A DNA stretch of 64,000 nucleotides from Cercozoa sp. M6MM (taxonomy: Eukaryota > Protista > Endomyxa: Ascetosporea), in NCBI GenBank assembly GCA_040357565.1, contig JBDODJ010000038.1. One strand, 5' to 3'. Made by a program: the position numbers and the translations under genes. Position 1 is the first letter of the stretch, and every line of letters begins with the position of its first letter. Below are positions 12,435-27,051 of the stretch, in pieces. The notes below the pieces were generated by a model. The model had not been told where the DNA came from, searched no databases, and worked only from the letters and a program-made list of their open reading frames with translations.

Positions 12435-13345
12435 CTCTGCCCAAAAGACGCCACAGACCCATATTTCAGCACAAAAAAAGCACACAAAAACCGAGTGAAA
12501 AATAAAACTCCCACCCCAAAAAATCATGAAGGAGAAACGCACAACTCACTAAGATCGCACCGATTCGCCTAGCAGTTGCCGCTAATCTGTGCCGAGTACG
12601 CAATCAAAGACGTCGCCGTGTGTTGGTGCACGAAAACCACGAGCCTTCGACACAAACACCACACGCTTTGTGTGCTCGCTCGAACCTGCTCTTTGTGCCT
12701 GTGCTATCTCGAGGCGTCGTCGCGTCTCGTCTAGTCGGCCCTGTCGTCGTACTGTACTGGAGCGATTTTCAGCGCCGTCCCCTTAAAAACTTATGTCCAA
12801 ACGGACAGGTGCCTGGTGGTCGCCCTGACTGCTGAAGTCAGCAACTGCTGACCCAAAAACAGCCAGAAGCTGATTTTTGTCTATTAATAAAGATCTAGTA
12901 CCGCCTCTACGTTTAGTGGGCGAGATTCTCTTGCTGATCGCACTTACTTCTACAGCCAGGCGATCGATCAGCGAGCCCAGCGATGCGGGACGGTCCAGTA
13001 CAGTACTTCTTGCACTGTACGCTACTGTACAGTACATATACAGTACTGTACAGGTGTTTTAGTCTTGTCCTGTACTTTTTAGTCTTGTTCTGTACAGTAC
13101 TGGTAAAATTGTAGGAGGTACGAAATCCCTTATTTCGGTCACAGTGGGCTACAAAAAATAAAACTGTGTGGGCGATACCTTAATACACCGTGGCTTTCTA
13201 GATAGTCTAGTGCCGTGCTAACCTTGTTTTTGTGCTACTGACCTTGTCAAAAAGCCGCTCTGAAGTGTACGGGACAGAATGGACTGAATTGCTTTTTCTC
13301 CTGTTTGACTTGCTCTTCCAAGTAGCAGGCGCAGACACTTCAACA

Positions 13346-15029
<1,684 letters not shown>

Positions 15030-15136
15030 ATCTGGCTATCTCTTCATGCAATCGCAGTTTCGTTCGATGAATTTTTTGTCGATTAATTCAGCTGACTTGG
15101 CTTTAATTTGCCGCGCCATTCGAGCGCTACGCTTTG

Positions 15137-15915
15137 TTAGGCCTGCGGCGCTTGCTGCATGAGATGCGCTGGCATCTGAGCCAAGGCGGCCAGCAGGTCG
15201 GCACCCAGAGGCGCACTCGGTCGCTGCACGTGCGCGTACTCGGTGACGTACTTGTTGCCGACTGCACAGCGACACAGTAAAGAGGCCCAATGTCAGTGAG
15301 AGAAGGAGTACTGTCACACGACTGAGAGCACGTGTAGACAGCGATGGTGCCAAAGTCCATGTCATTGGGCGCAAAGCCAACACCCACGACTGACATGAAA
15401 GTCGGCATCAGTTGGAATTCGAATTGCCTGCAGGTCAAAGAACAAAATGTACCTAGATACAGATTACATGTGCACTACGTATATGCAGTACCGATCGGCA
15501 CCGCAGAGCGAGCACACCGGCACTTGCACAAATGCGTTCGACTCGTCGTTTTTTTCTTCCTCGGCGTCCTCGCGGGCCTCCTGCAGCGCAGCGTCCGATC
15601 TGTGTTGACAGAGAGTATTTATTGTGTGTTTGCACTTTGCAAGGATAGTGGAAGAGGCACCGATCGTTTTCATTGACACTGGCTTTGTCGGAACTGCCGG
15701 CCCAGAGTGCGACACCGCCGGGCTGGTATCGCAATACTTGCTCCGGGTGGTGTTTGACGACACGTTGGAATCTCTACAAGTAGCTGGATAGATGGAGATA
15801 AATAGGAAAGTAGATAGGTAAGCACATAGATAGGTAGATAAAAAGACGGATAGTAAACAGATAGATAAGTAGACAGACATATGGACAGATAGATAGACAG
15901 ATAGTAGATAGATAA

Positions 15916-15968
<53 letters not shown>

Positions 15969-17040
15969 CAGATGGACAGACAAACAAACGAAAGATTATC
16001 TAAAATATTATATAGAGACAAAAGGACACCTCAAACTCCATGTCGTCGTTGCGACTACGGTTTTCGTACTGTTCGAGTTCCTCCACCGTGATCTGTCGCA
16101 CGTCGCTGTTCTGGTCTTTCATGGCTTCCGTGTACTGTCGCAGCGCTTCGTTCGCCTGCGCACGCTCCTCTGGCGTCAGTTTCGAGATGCCACTGCTCGC
16201 AAACTAATCCAGAACAGCACTAAAAAACATGACAGCAGAAGAAACCTCCGCTTGGAATCCTCCTCTTGCGCAACTTCAGTAATCGATGGAACCACCGTTT
16301 CGTCCTCTTCCGTCGAAATATCGAACTGAGGGTACTCCTACATAAAAGAGAATGAAAGTTAAAGTTGAGAGTGAAAAGAATTGTGGCAATGATACAATGA
16401 AATCAAAGTCGGGAATCTGCAGCGAATCGCGCGAAACATCGTCGAATTCGACCGCTTCTTCCTGCAAGAAAAACACAGAGTTGCATTCAAAACGACAACT
16501 GTCAGCGGAAGAAAAGCGCACAAGGTCAGCATCCGGGAAGTCCGGCGCCTCCTCATCGAAAAACTCGTTGCGCAACGGCAGCTGACTGCGAAGCACCACG
16601 GCGCTCTTCCTGCTTTCCCAAGTGTACATATTTGAGTTCAAACAAGTCCTTGCAACTAACGCACTTCAACAAGCAAGTCGCCTTGGCACACGCAAACAGA
16701 AACAGCGTGCGGTGGAAGGCGCGATCCGTGTCTAAGCAGCCAGGTGTGACAAGCATATTTAACATACAGACACGTTTGAATATACCCAATTCGCGCATCG
16801 GGGCGTAAATCTGAGCCAAAAATCGCATGTTGTCGCCGCAATGCTTGCACTTCAGTTCATCTCTGCAAACTCACATTCACAATGAAAGCCAAAGAACCAA
16901 AAGCGTTGCTACCCGCTGGGAAGTTCCGCCGACAGCCAGGCAGGTGACCCTCCAATTTTGCTTGGAAAGTACTGACGCAGCAGCGCATCAGGATGCAGCT
17001 GCGACACTGCAAAGCCGAGGTAGACCGGGTCACTCGACAT
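15137..17040 (-). CDS. PDCD2: PDCD2/TSR4-family uS5 chaperone, apparently without the MYND finger
   Basis: [98 protein letters not shown]. Confidence 0.9.
15785..15990. repeat. (ATAG)n-type microsatellite in a PDCD2 intron
   Basis: Seen directly. Confidence 0.92.
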
Positions 17041-17282
17041 GATGTTTTCGCTTTGCTGCGAAACGCACAGATCTCCCGATTCAAGCTTTGGCAATTCCAA
17101 CAACAATTTTACCAGACAAAACCGATACGCGCACACACGTGCGTTGATTCCACGTGTTTGCCAAGCCACTGGCTATTGCTTGGCTTTTCTTTTTTGGACA
17201 AAGGTGGCTACCCTGGTCAGCGAAAGCGCAGCAGAGGAGCTCGCACAGGTAGCACGTGCCGCAGTAGTGTCTTACGCCACCG

Positions 17283-19083
17283 ATGAACGCACAGGTAACT
17301 CGGCATGTGGCGCAGGATGCGCGAGATGGCCATTTTTCTAAGCGTCTTTTACATTGCATATGTGCAGCGACTCGTGCGCCAGGTGCGCTGGAAAACCGTG
17401 GCGCCCAAGGGACGATTTCTCGTGCCGGCAGAGTACACCACGAGGGTGTGCACACTAATATTATTTCAAAGTTGGCCATGATCAAAATTATTGTTTTTTT
17501 TTTGTTTCGTGAGTTGTGGATTTGTGATAACAGGAAACCAAGGCCGCCATCGGCAGACTGTCGGAGAAGGCACACAAGGCCATGTAAGCTGTGCTGTTCT
17601 TGTGTGTGGAAGCGCTTGTATGACCAATTCTGCTTCTCAGGTTCCTGGGTGAGTTGAAGGAGCGTCAGCGCAAGGTAGCTTTGCTTTTGGCGTCGCTGTT
17701 CGCATGTCGAAACGTTTTGACGGTTGTTTGTGCACGCAGATGCATCCGATGTACACGGCCGAATTGCCGGCGGATCTGGCTCAGAGAAAAAAGAAGGCGC
17801 TCAGCAAGTCGCTGCCGCCGAACAGCGTTGGCGAGGTGCAGCTTTTTTCATATAATAGTGTGTTTGGGATGGTATAACCATGTTTGTTTGCTGTTGTGCA
17901 GGGCTCGCACTCGGGCAGCGAGTTCATCGAGTTCACTCCCGAGCTGCAAGGTACTCAGACTTCATTCACACTCAGACAGCGTGAGCTGAAGTGGGCAAAC
18001 TCGTGCGTGTGTATTTGTGTGCTTCTGCAGAATTGAACGCGGAACATTACGAGCTGCCAGAGCACGTTGTGCGTTGTTTATTTATTGGCTTTGTTTGTTT
18101 GTAGCATGTGTGTGTGTGTGTGTGTACAGACCAAGTTTCACGGCAAGCCCAAGACGCTGCCGACTCGCTACGAGGCCGCCAAGAAGCTGCGTGAGAGTCA
18201 GATTGCTCCGGTATGCGTTGTTGACTGCTCTGTTGACTGCTCTGTTGACTGCTCTGTTGACATGCGTGTTTTCTGCAGCTTGAGGAGATGTACAGCAAGG
18301 CTCTGAAGCCCGAGCTTCCGTACCCAGTGCCGCACTTGCCTGTGGAACAGGTACTTGTCATATAATTATGGATAGAACTAGATATGTGTGATATCATGTG
18401 CAGTGGCCGGAGAGAGTCGAACGTCGTCAGGCGCCGCAACGCACACTCGCGCAGATCCGACCGAACCGTCCGGGTCACCCGTTCAAGAAGCAGCCCAAGG
18501 GTAGTCCCCTCCTTATATTATATATGTGTAATATTATCTCTTTTTCCTGAGCAGGCAGATACTGGATGGAACTCATTCACCGCGAACTCGTCGCCAAGTG
18601 CGAGGAAGAGTACACGCGACCTCTGGTATCTTTACTCAATACAGCATAGATAGCTATAGACTTGTGTATCTATCGGCGTGTATAGGTGCTTGCCGGTGAT
18701 TGGATTAAGATCACGATGCTCGAGTCGCTTCGCGATCAGGTAGGCTTTCAACTTATCTTGCGCAGGCAGTAGAATTTATGTATGATGGCTTGCGCTTAGT
18801 CCAAGACGCGTGTGGTCGAAGGTCTCGTGATCGCTCGTCGCAACAACGGTTACAGTACCACGATCTTGCTGCGCGTGCCCTGGGCGACCACTGCCGTAAC
18901 TTCTTCACTTTTGTGTCTCGGCCCCAGTACGTATATAATCCTCCTTCGCAGGGCGGCTGGCACGAACTCGTGATTCCGCTGTACTCACCGTTCGTCAAGC
19001 ACGTGCGACCGATTCGACGTGCCGATACGCGTCGCAGCAAGCTCTACTACATGCGCGACTTTGGCTCTCGCCACGAGCCGTAA
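17283..19083 (+). CDS. MRPL19: Mitochondrial ribosomal protein bL19m with long N-terminal extension
   Basis: Presequence-like MNAQ|RLVRQVRWK. The C-terminal L19 domain reads AGDWIKIT...VEGLVIARRNNGYSTTILLR...IPLYSPFV...RRSKLYYMRD. About 12 short introns. Confidence 0.85.
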
Positions 19084-19698
19084 GATGCTGCTCGACTGCG
19101 TGCACCGTGCCTCTCGACTCCTGTGTCGCGTCGCTCGACCATTTTGATTTCGGCTGCACTTGCAGGCTTTCGTTTTCTTTCGGTTCGTTTTTTATTTTAT
19201 TTCTTGCGAAACCCAGCGCCAGAAGATATGTTAACCCACGAAGCTCTCTCAGCGCGACGTCGACGCGAGTCTAGCCTTAAGCACCTGCTTTCGTCTCTTT
19301 AGGGTACAGGCGACTCGACGGCGCGGAAGCCAACTCACCACCGTAGGAGAAAGCGTGATTGGCCACGCTCAAATCCCGTCCACGCGGATGCTCATGATTA
19401 GGGTGGCGCCCGACTTAAGTTTCAATGCGGATGGTTCGAGCAAGGCCACTCTACACGAATGACTGCACTCATTCAGGACGCTCCGAGTTGGACTTCGGGA
19501 AAGCAGATCTTATTAACTGTCTTGGGTGTGCGCGCGGTGCGCCACAGACCCACGCCACGAGCAGTCGCCGAGTGTCGGACTTCGGCTTCAAGGCCGCAAA
19601 ACGAGTCGAGGCACAAAAGCTAGTGTGTTAGCTCTATTACGTGCTTTAAGGAAACACTATTTGAAAGCTCGGCGATGAAGCGTCTTCTCTTGTTCTGC

Positions 19699-20808
19699 AT
19701 GAGTGTCAGCACTGTCGCAGCTTCGTGGGTACCTACCCTGCATTCTAGCACACCAAAGACTTGTCCAAATTTGGTTTTCCGTGTCCCAGCTTAAAACAGG
19801 AGCAAAGGAACTCAAAGACAAAGCGCAAAAGGAGTATCAACAAAGAGTGAACTGTTGTGGTGCGCGGCTTTTAACTTTGCCCTCAGCATTCATGGATTAA
19901 AAAGACGATATTTTCGTAGGCGTTGACACCGAGAAAAACGCACTTCGCGTGTCGCTGCGCAACGCCGACGACTATGGTGTGCCCCAAGCACCGAACATGT
20001 GCCAAGACGCTTGCTGCGTGGAAGCATCGTTGGACCAGGGCGGTTTGCTGCTGCACCTTGTGTGGAACATGCCGCGAGCTTCCGACCACGGGCATGTCGT
20101 TGCCCCGCGCTGTGCAGGTGCCTGCGTCCTATAAATTACAGGCACACTGTATCTCGGTATGCGTAGGAACTGACGGGCGCGTTGCTCGCATCGGGGCTTG
20201 GCCAATCACGCTGTCTCCTCCGGGGCAAAGTGACCAGCAGACCTGGATTGCTGAGGTGCCCTGCCCGAAGCCTTCTGAGCTGAGTGAATCTGGTGCTGAC
20301 GCACCGGCGAAGCTGACTCGCTCGATTTCGCTCTTGCAAAACGAGGATGCATTCATTTACTTGAGCGTTCAAGCTGTCGAGAAGTTTGGAAACGTGGTAC
20401 ACACTTCGACCTGCCTTGCGGACACTTCATATTGTATCCTTCACTGTCTTTTGTAAAATGGATGAGCAGACTCCCGAGTTGATTGAGAAAGTTCATGAAG
20501 ATCCTCAGGCGAACTTGGAGTTCGATCTGCACATGCAGTGCTTCAATCAGATTCCGCCTGACTACAGCGGCATCTATAAGTTCTCTCAAAGAGATTCCGT
20601 GATCCGCATGAAGTTGGAGGGAGGTAGCTTTCAACTATCTTGCTTTTTCGTTCCACCCAATCTCGAGGTGATTACGACGCTGACTGACAGAATCCTTGGC
20701 GACACTCCTAGCTGCGGTGCGAACGGCAAGCGAGAACAGAGGCCGAGGCGCAGTTCCGTTGTTCCCGCTACCTGCTCACAACCGACACAACGTCACCTCC
20801 CACTCTGA
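19699..20808 (+). CDS. Hypothetical protein (Cys-rich N-terminal part, possible C2-like region)
   Basis: ORFs 19923-20456 and 20386-20808 can be joined by a GT-AG intron (FGNV|TPELIEK). No family recognised; start uncertain. Confidence 0.4.
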
Positions 20809-20962
20809 CTCGGACGGAGACACTCCGACCGATGCTCATGCGTAAACCCTGACGATGAAAACTTGCCGGGAGTTGGAAAACGATAAATTTAAAATGTACT
20901 CAAGTTGGTTTGTAGTAATTTACTATTGCAGCATATTCCGACACTTGACTTAGTAAATTATG

Positions 20963-21692
20963 TTAAGAGGTCGGAACCTCCTCATGGGCCTGTCCTTCAG
21001 CTTCGCTCTTTTGGATGGGGAGGAACAACTTGAACTCGGGTGGCAGCTCTTCTTCAGAGTACAGGCGATCCGAGAAGTAAATGCGCCGAATGCGGCAGTT
21101 TGCATGGATCTGCACCCGCAGAGTTTCAATGTAGTTGGTGCCGTAGGCACGTCGAGTGAAGTCGCTCAAGTTGAACTGAATCTGGTTCCAGCCATCGTCG
21201 AGACGCATCGGCATCGTGCAAATGAACGGTTTCACACGCGTCGTCGACTGGTAATTCGACGCTCGGAAGCGACGCTTGATTCCCTTGTCATCCAGAACAG
21301 TGACTTCGAACGTGAAGTACTTCTTCATCTGGACACATCGACAATCCACAATGTCACCAATAAAGCTGTACACAACAATGAGGTTACATTTTTGATGATC
21401 ATCACAAGGAATGGTAGTTTGATGCCCAGTGTCTTCTTCTTTTCGGCAGGACACGTGATGTAGGTTGTGCTGATGTTGGTGCCGGCCACCTCGAGCACAC
21501 TCGACTGGATGTCGTCGTCGGTGATGCGCTTGATGTGACCGTTGCTTACTGCTCAAAAGGGAAACGAAACGTAGAAGAACAAATGTTCCAGTTGCTGCAT
21601 AGAGTACCCTTCTTGTCCCATATCTGCAGTGGCTTGGACCCGATTGAGTAAAGAATCGACAAGAATCCCGACTGAAACGTGTTGCGAAACAT
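20963..21692 (-). CDS. CFAP20: Cilia- and flagella-associated protein 20 (BUG22)
   Basis: [28 protein letters not shown]...[14 protein letters not shown]|MKKYFTFEV...[48 protein letters not shown] is near-identical to the family consensus. 2 introns. Confidence 0.97.
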
Positions 21693-22091
21693 GCTGTTTT
21701 CTGCTTCTCACTTCACTTTCTTGAAACTGGCGTGTTCACTTGTGTAACCGCGAGGACTCTGCTACGTACGCGTCAGAAGCAAACCAAATCGTCTGCTACT
21801 GAGAGTCGCGCAACAAACTATGGTGATCGGTCATGCAGGCAAAGGTGCAGAAACGCTTTCGTCATTGCATGTGCGTCCAAGAAACGCTCCTCCAAACAAA
21901 TACTAAAATTGATTTCAAAACGAACTAAAAGGAGCAGCGCGCCAAGCAAGCACTTCAAACCCTGCTTCAGTGTATGTCAGGATGTTGCCTGAATGCGGAA
22001 GCTCGGACTTTGATAGTTTGAGAGGAGGCAGTCAAGCTTCGGATCGTACAACATTGCCAGGAAGCAACATGAGATTTCGAAATTTCATGGC

Positions 22092-22592
22092 ATGAGCACT
22101 CCACAAAGAGGCCTAGGCACGCCGAAACTCGAGAAAGGCGAACACTTTGTAGTTGGAGCCATTGTCGCAGCAGGTGTTCTGCTCCTCGCGATCTTTGTTT
22201 ACTGCTGTCGCAAGTGCTACCGGCCAAGAGCGAAAGCGAAAGCGAAGGCGAAAGAGAAGGCGAAACAACAGGCACAGGCCGAAACACCTCCACAACAAGT
22301 GCTTTCAGCAGAAGCGACGATGGTAAACGACCCCGAGGCGACTTTGGGCGGAGCACCGACAGCTTTGCCTCCGCAGCGGCATCTCACTGACACGCAGCGT
22401 CGACTGCAAGTGCAGCAGCAGGGAAACCTGTTCCGACCTGAGGAACCGCACGAGTCTCCTTGTGCAGGCTGTGTGCGCTGCTTGACCTGTGCCCCACGGA
22501 GAAAAAGGAGGAACATCGAGCAATTTCAGTCCAGGAGGCAGTCCGTCCCAACGGAACTCGCCAGCGGCATTCGTGTTTCTGTGGTGCATTGA
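22092..22592 (+). CDS. Single-pass membrane protein with juxtamembrane Cys cluster, hypothetical
   Basis: Intronless 166-aa ORF. The TM segment FVVGAIVAAGVLLLAIFVY is followed by CCRKC and a basic AK-repeat. Confidence 0.55.
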   Translation: MSTPQRGLGTPKLEKGEHFVVGAIVAAGVLLLAIFVYCCRKCYRPRAKAKAKAKEKAKQQAQAETPPQQVLSAEATMVNDPEATLGGAPTALPPQRHLTDTQRRLQVQQQGNLFRPEEPHESPCAGCVRCLTCAPRRKRRNIEQFQSRRQSVPTELASGIRVSVVH

Positions 22593-22786
22593 TGCAAAAG
22601 GGTACATTCCTTTCAACATCATGAATCTCATGAACCTTCTGCATAGTAGCCTTTTGATGCAAGCAGGTGGCACCACTCTAAACCCAGCGAGCGAAAGCGC
22701 GCAAAACCAAACTCGAACGGTGCCCAGGGCACGAGGCGCCCGAATTTAGTTATTTGAGTTGCATTTAAGCGTACGCTAGGACCCAA

Positions 22787-23851
22787 ATGGCCAATCAGCA
22801 GTGCGTCGTGTGTCTTCAAAACAAGCGAGATGTGTGTTTCAGTTTTGTGTGTGTATTTGTGTGCTTGGGTGATCAGAGTTCCCCAAGTTGGATCACGTGT
22901 GGTGTCTAGGTTGCGGTGTGCGCACCGTGCTACCACAGCTTTTGCAGGATATGCTTGCGGCCGTGGTTCCGTGCAGTATCGCCGGCGCGCTGTCCTTTAT
23001 GTCGAGGTAAAAGCCCCCCCCCCAGTCGGCTCCCACCTCTCCTAATTGTACACCTGTGGTACTGCCCGTGTGCAGATCTGGTGGAACAAGTGCTCGTAGA
23101 CTTTAAAAGTCGCACAGAGTTTCTGCTTCGCACGCCAGACGAGTTTGTAAACGAACCTGTGTCGCACGAGGACAGACTCGATTTCCCTTCGATTTTAATG
23201 CGGAGGAAACTGGTCTACGCTCTTGCTGCTTCGCTCGTGCCGCGAAGTATCAACGGTAAAAGTTAAATTGATTTAATGTTAGTTATTTAGATGTCCATAG
23301 GCTTGGTAGGTGAAGCAGCAACGCCTGCAGTTCTCCCTGAAGAAACTCTGATTTCGGCATCTTTCTTCGATGCGTGCTGCGAGTTCTTGCGCCGGGAGAT
23401 ACGGATTCTTCTGGTATGCTTTCACGACTTTGAATGTGTTAATGCCTGACTTGAGAGCTAGGGTGCCGAAAACGAAAACTTTGCAGACGCCGTAAGCGAA
23501 GAGTATTGCATTCAATCACTGCAGGTAAATTAAAACTGATCAACTGAACTGCAAATTGTGTGTTTTTTATTTTGTTGTTAAAGCAGGCCAGTCTTGAACA
23601 AACAACTCGCCAAGGCCGCCGATTTTCGCTGCTTCAGCACGCTGAGTTTTGTCGCCGGATGCGACGCTTGCTGCGTGACGATGCGTCCACGTCAGTTCTC
23701 TCAGTCTGGGGTCCGATGCTTTCGATCTGCCAAAGGTTGTGCTTGTTGTAGATTGCTCCGAGAGTTGCGATACTTTGTCTCTCTGCACTCGAACCTCTCG
23801 GATTTCGACGCATTGGCGCGGTACATGGATGCACCCATCGAACTTGACTAA
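22787..23851 (+). CDS. TOPORS: TOPORS-like RING-HC E3 ubiquitin ligase
   Basis: RING CVVC..PCYHSFCRICLRPW..CPLCR. Downstream MRRKLVY, EFLRREIRILL and LLRELRYFVSLHSNLSDFDALARY parallel the recalled TOPORS conserved region (PWLKREL...FIHEFISFARSPFNMAAFDQHANY). Confidence 0.7.
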
Positions 23852-23979
23852 ACAATCAAAGCAACACCAATCGTTTTTTTAAATCTTTACTACTGTCGAT
23901 TAACTGCAAGGATAACGTGTTTACGCACGTGTACAGACAGAGGTCTTAGCTTAAAATAGAATCTAAGTGCACGAGAAGC

Positions 23980-24907
23980 ATGGTGTGTTGGATTTCGAAA
24001 TGTTGTTTGTTTTTTGTTTTTTGTATTTTGATTTTTTTCCCTCCCGTCGGTGTTAGGACGAAACGCACGAGTTGCAGCAGCGACTGTACTTTGGAGAAAC
24101 ACTGCAGCGAATCAGAGCAACGCAGGTCGGCGTTTTCGGCACAGGTGCACTGGCCGACGAGGTGAAACGACAACTCGAATTGAGTGGTGCTCAACTCGCC
24201 AATGTCAATGAGTAAAGTTTGACTTTCTTGTATTTTCCTGTCTTACAACAAACACAAAAATAAAAAAACGAAAAATCGGCAGTGTTGAAGTCGCGATTGC
24301 TTGCGGAAATTGCAATGTTCCGGACGCTGTTCCCAACGGTGCTTTGCTGTTTTACCCCCCTGTTTACCCCCCTGTTTACCCCCCTGTTTACNNNNNNNNN
24401 NNNNNNNNNNNNNNNNNNNNNNNNNNNNNNNNNNNNNNNNNNNNNNNNNNNNNNNNNNNNNNNNNNNNNNNNNNNNNNNNNNNNNNNNNNNTATATATAT
24501 ATATATATAGATACATATAGATGTATATAGATACATAGACACATATAGAAATATACATATATATATATATATATATAGATACAGATGTATATAGATACAT
24601 ATAGATGTATATAGATACATATAGATGTATATAGATACATATAGATGTATATAGATACATATAGATGTATATAGATACATATAGATGTATATGGATACAC
24701 ATAGATGTATATATATATAGATAGATATATATATATATATAGATACATATATATATATACAGATATAATATACACTAGGACATGGAACTGCCGACGATCC
24801 GCTACCGTTGCGCCGGCTGGTCGAATGCCGCCAGTGCCGCCGCCTCTCCGAGTCCCAGTCAGTCTGCTCTGTCCGGCAGCGACAGCGCCGAGATGCGCGA
24901 CGACTGA
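23980..24907 (+). CDS. E1 ubiquitin-activating-enzyme-like (ThiF/UBA1-like) gene interrupted by an assembly gap; partial
   Basis: M|[46 protein letters not shown] resembles the E1 N-terminal adenylation-domain motif. The exon after the gap (from 24779), [10 protein letters not shown], resembles the UBA1 C-terminus (DVEVPYVRY). The two flanking exons are in incompatible phases. Confidence 0.45.
24349..24770. repeat. (TTTACCCCCCTG)x3, 100-N gap (24392-24491), then AT-rich ~20-mer minisatellite (ATAGATGTATATAGATACAT)n
   Basis: Seen directly. Confidence 0.92.
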
Positions 24908-26462
24908 TCTCGAGAGTTCACCTACGCTAGCCGAAGAAACCCACCCTAACTCGGCCTAGCCTAGTGATCATCGTGTCGACAATTTACAGTACATACCGTA
25001 CACTATCGTATGGTGTGACCAGCGTAGCCCGCTGCCACACCCTACCCGTTGTTTGGAGACTGAACGTCAACTGAACGCTACACTAAGGTAGCGTAAGTGG
25101 GTGGTGGGGACGTTCGGGCTCTACCCTGTCTTGTCTGCATTCAAACACTTCGTCTTCAAGTGGTGCCGTTTGCGTTTTGCTGACCCTGGTGATTTGCAAC
25201 TCTGTCCCGAGTCAATATAAAGTTGCATCTGTTTTGGCGACGGTGCTCGCTCGCTTAGCGACAAGACCGGCGGCGCACTGATACTCTAATCATTTGCGAA
25301 GACTGCGACCTGCAAAGTCTCACATCTCTATTCGTGTTGTCTGTGACATGTGCAGGTGGTGTCTTTGCTCCAGCGTGGCATATCCTGCCTACGCCTCCGT
25401 ATACAGGTACGCATTGGAGCAAAGTCTGTAGTGTCTTTCGACTATTTACGCAGCACGAGTGCCTTTAGGCAATCGAGTCGCCGGACTAGCGCGATGACAA
25501 ATCGAAATGTATCTTGCCGAAGTGAACCCGCAGGTCACCGATCTGACAACAGCGGCGATCCCCAGGTCACCGACCTTGAGGCCAATGCTGAAGGCGGTAA
25601 TTGAAACCCTGAAACTACTCACTTTAATTGAAAGTTGCATGCTCATCAATGAGATCGACTGTTGGTGTGTGTGTCTTGATACCCGGATACGACGATTCAG
25701 CGAGAAGTCTGAGAAAAACGCAACGACAACAGTTGAAAAACAACTGGCAAACGATCTGCGAGTGAGTGCCGGTTAAAAAATTAAATAATTTATGATATCC
25801 TTGCACATCCTGAGATTAAAGGCTATAAGCCTACTCTGGCACAGGAAATAATGTGTGAACGCTATTCCCTGGCTAAAGCTCGCTTGCTGTCACTCTGGGT
25901 CAAAAAAATGTGCGTCGGCAGTTTCTCCAATCACAGTCTGGAGTTTCCTGTCGCCCGGTGTTGACCCGACTTTTGCAGTGAGTTTGACGTCAGTGATGCT
26001 TTGTAGCTAGACTTGTGGTAATCTGGCTGCACAGGCAATGAAACCTGAATTGGCGAATACCTGGGTCGCCGCCGGAGGAGTAACACACACGCGCTCCACA
26101 TGCGAGCTTGCTTCGCGCGTTTGAGGGAAGCTTCAACAAACTCGTACAAACGTACACTACGAGGTGCATAGATAAACTCGACTTCTAATTCGTCAGCTCG
26201 CTTGCTTGCAGCACTACCAAAGGATAGGTCAAGCAATAGGCAGACACGCAGAGTGTCCTACATCCCCGTCAAGGAGGTGGGCACATTTTTGTGTTGGGCC
26301 CGTTTTTTTGTTGGGCCCGCTCGTGATGACCCAAGACATCCGCAGCGGACTGTGCCTCTGCGAGTCTGTGTGTAACTGAATGCGTCTTTTGGCCTCTGAT
26401 TTCGTGTCTTTAAAAATGTTGTTGTCTGTACTGTTGAAACTGATCTTGTTTTCTGAATTCAG

Positions 26463-27051
26463 AAAGAGGCAAATTGATTTCGGAGGCCACACAGACTACG
26501 TGTCCTTCCACCAAAACTCAACGTGACGTCGCCGTTCAGGTCGGCGCACCTGCCAACATGTTGAGCACCAGCATCGAGTCGCAAGGTAGCTCTCACAAAA
26601 CCCTGCTGCTCGAATACCTTCATGCCATGTGTACGTATGTGCCGTAGTTGCTCGCGTCTTGTTGCGCTTAAAGCACGAGAGAGTCCTGCACGAGACAGTG
26701 CAAAAATGTCGAGTGCGCCGATACCAGAAGCAAGCTGCAGTGTTGCGTGCTCGCAAGAAGACGCGTGCCAAGCAGAAGTGCACGCCAAAGAAACAGAAGG
26801 GCTCTACTACGGTGTGCCCTCACTGCAGCCGAATCTTTGAAAAGTATCAGGTAGAGCGCACTTTGCAAGCATACTTCATTGTTCGGGTGTAGTTTTGTGA
26901 GCTTGTCTTTTATAACATTTGCAAGTGTCGGTTTTAGGGACTCAATGCACACCTCAAGGTGCACCGCAACGCCGAGCGCCGTGCACAGGAGGCCGCTGCC
27001 GCAGCCGTTGCTGCAAGAACTGTTGTTATTGCGGATACGCAGTCGCAATAA
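26463..27051 (+). CDS. C2H2 zinc-finger protein (3' exons; 5' end unresolved)
   Basis: A finger split by an intron, CPHCSRIFEKYQ|GLNAHLKVH, follows a basic stretch. TAA at 27049-27051. Confidence 0.65.

Noticed and set aside
19920-20070. RINGv-like Cys/His pattern
   Set aside because: The first CxxC pair is missing and the spacing is irregular; not supportable.
25100-26460. Possible small gene(s), including a YPAYASV peptide reminiscent of REEP/HVA22
   Set aside because: The downstream WLxYW motif is absent and I could not build a consistent exon chain; left unannotated.
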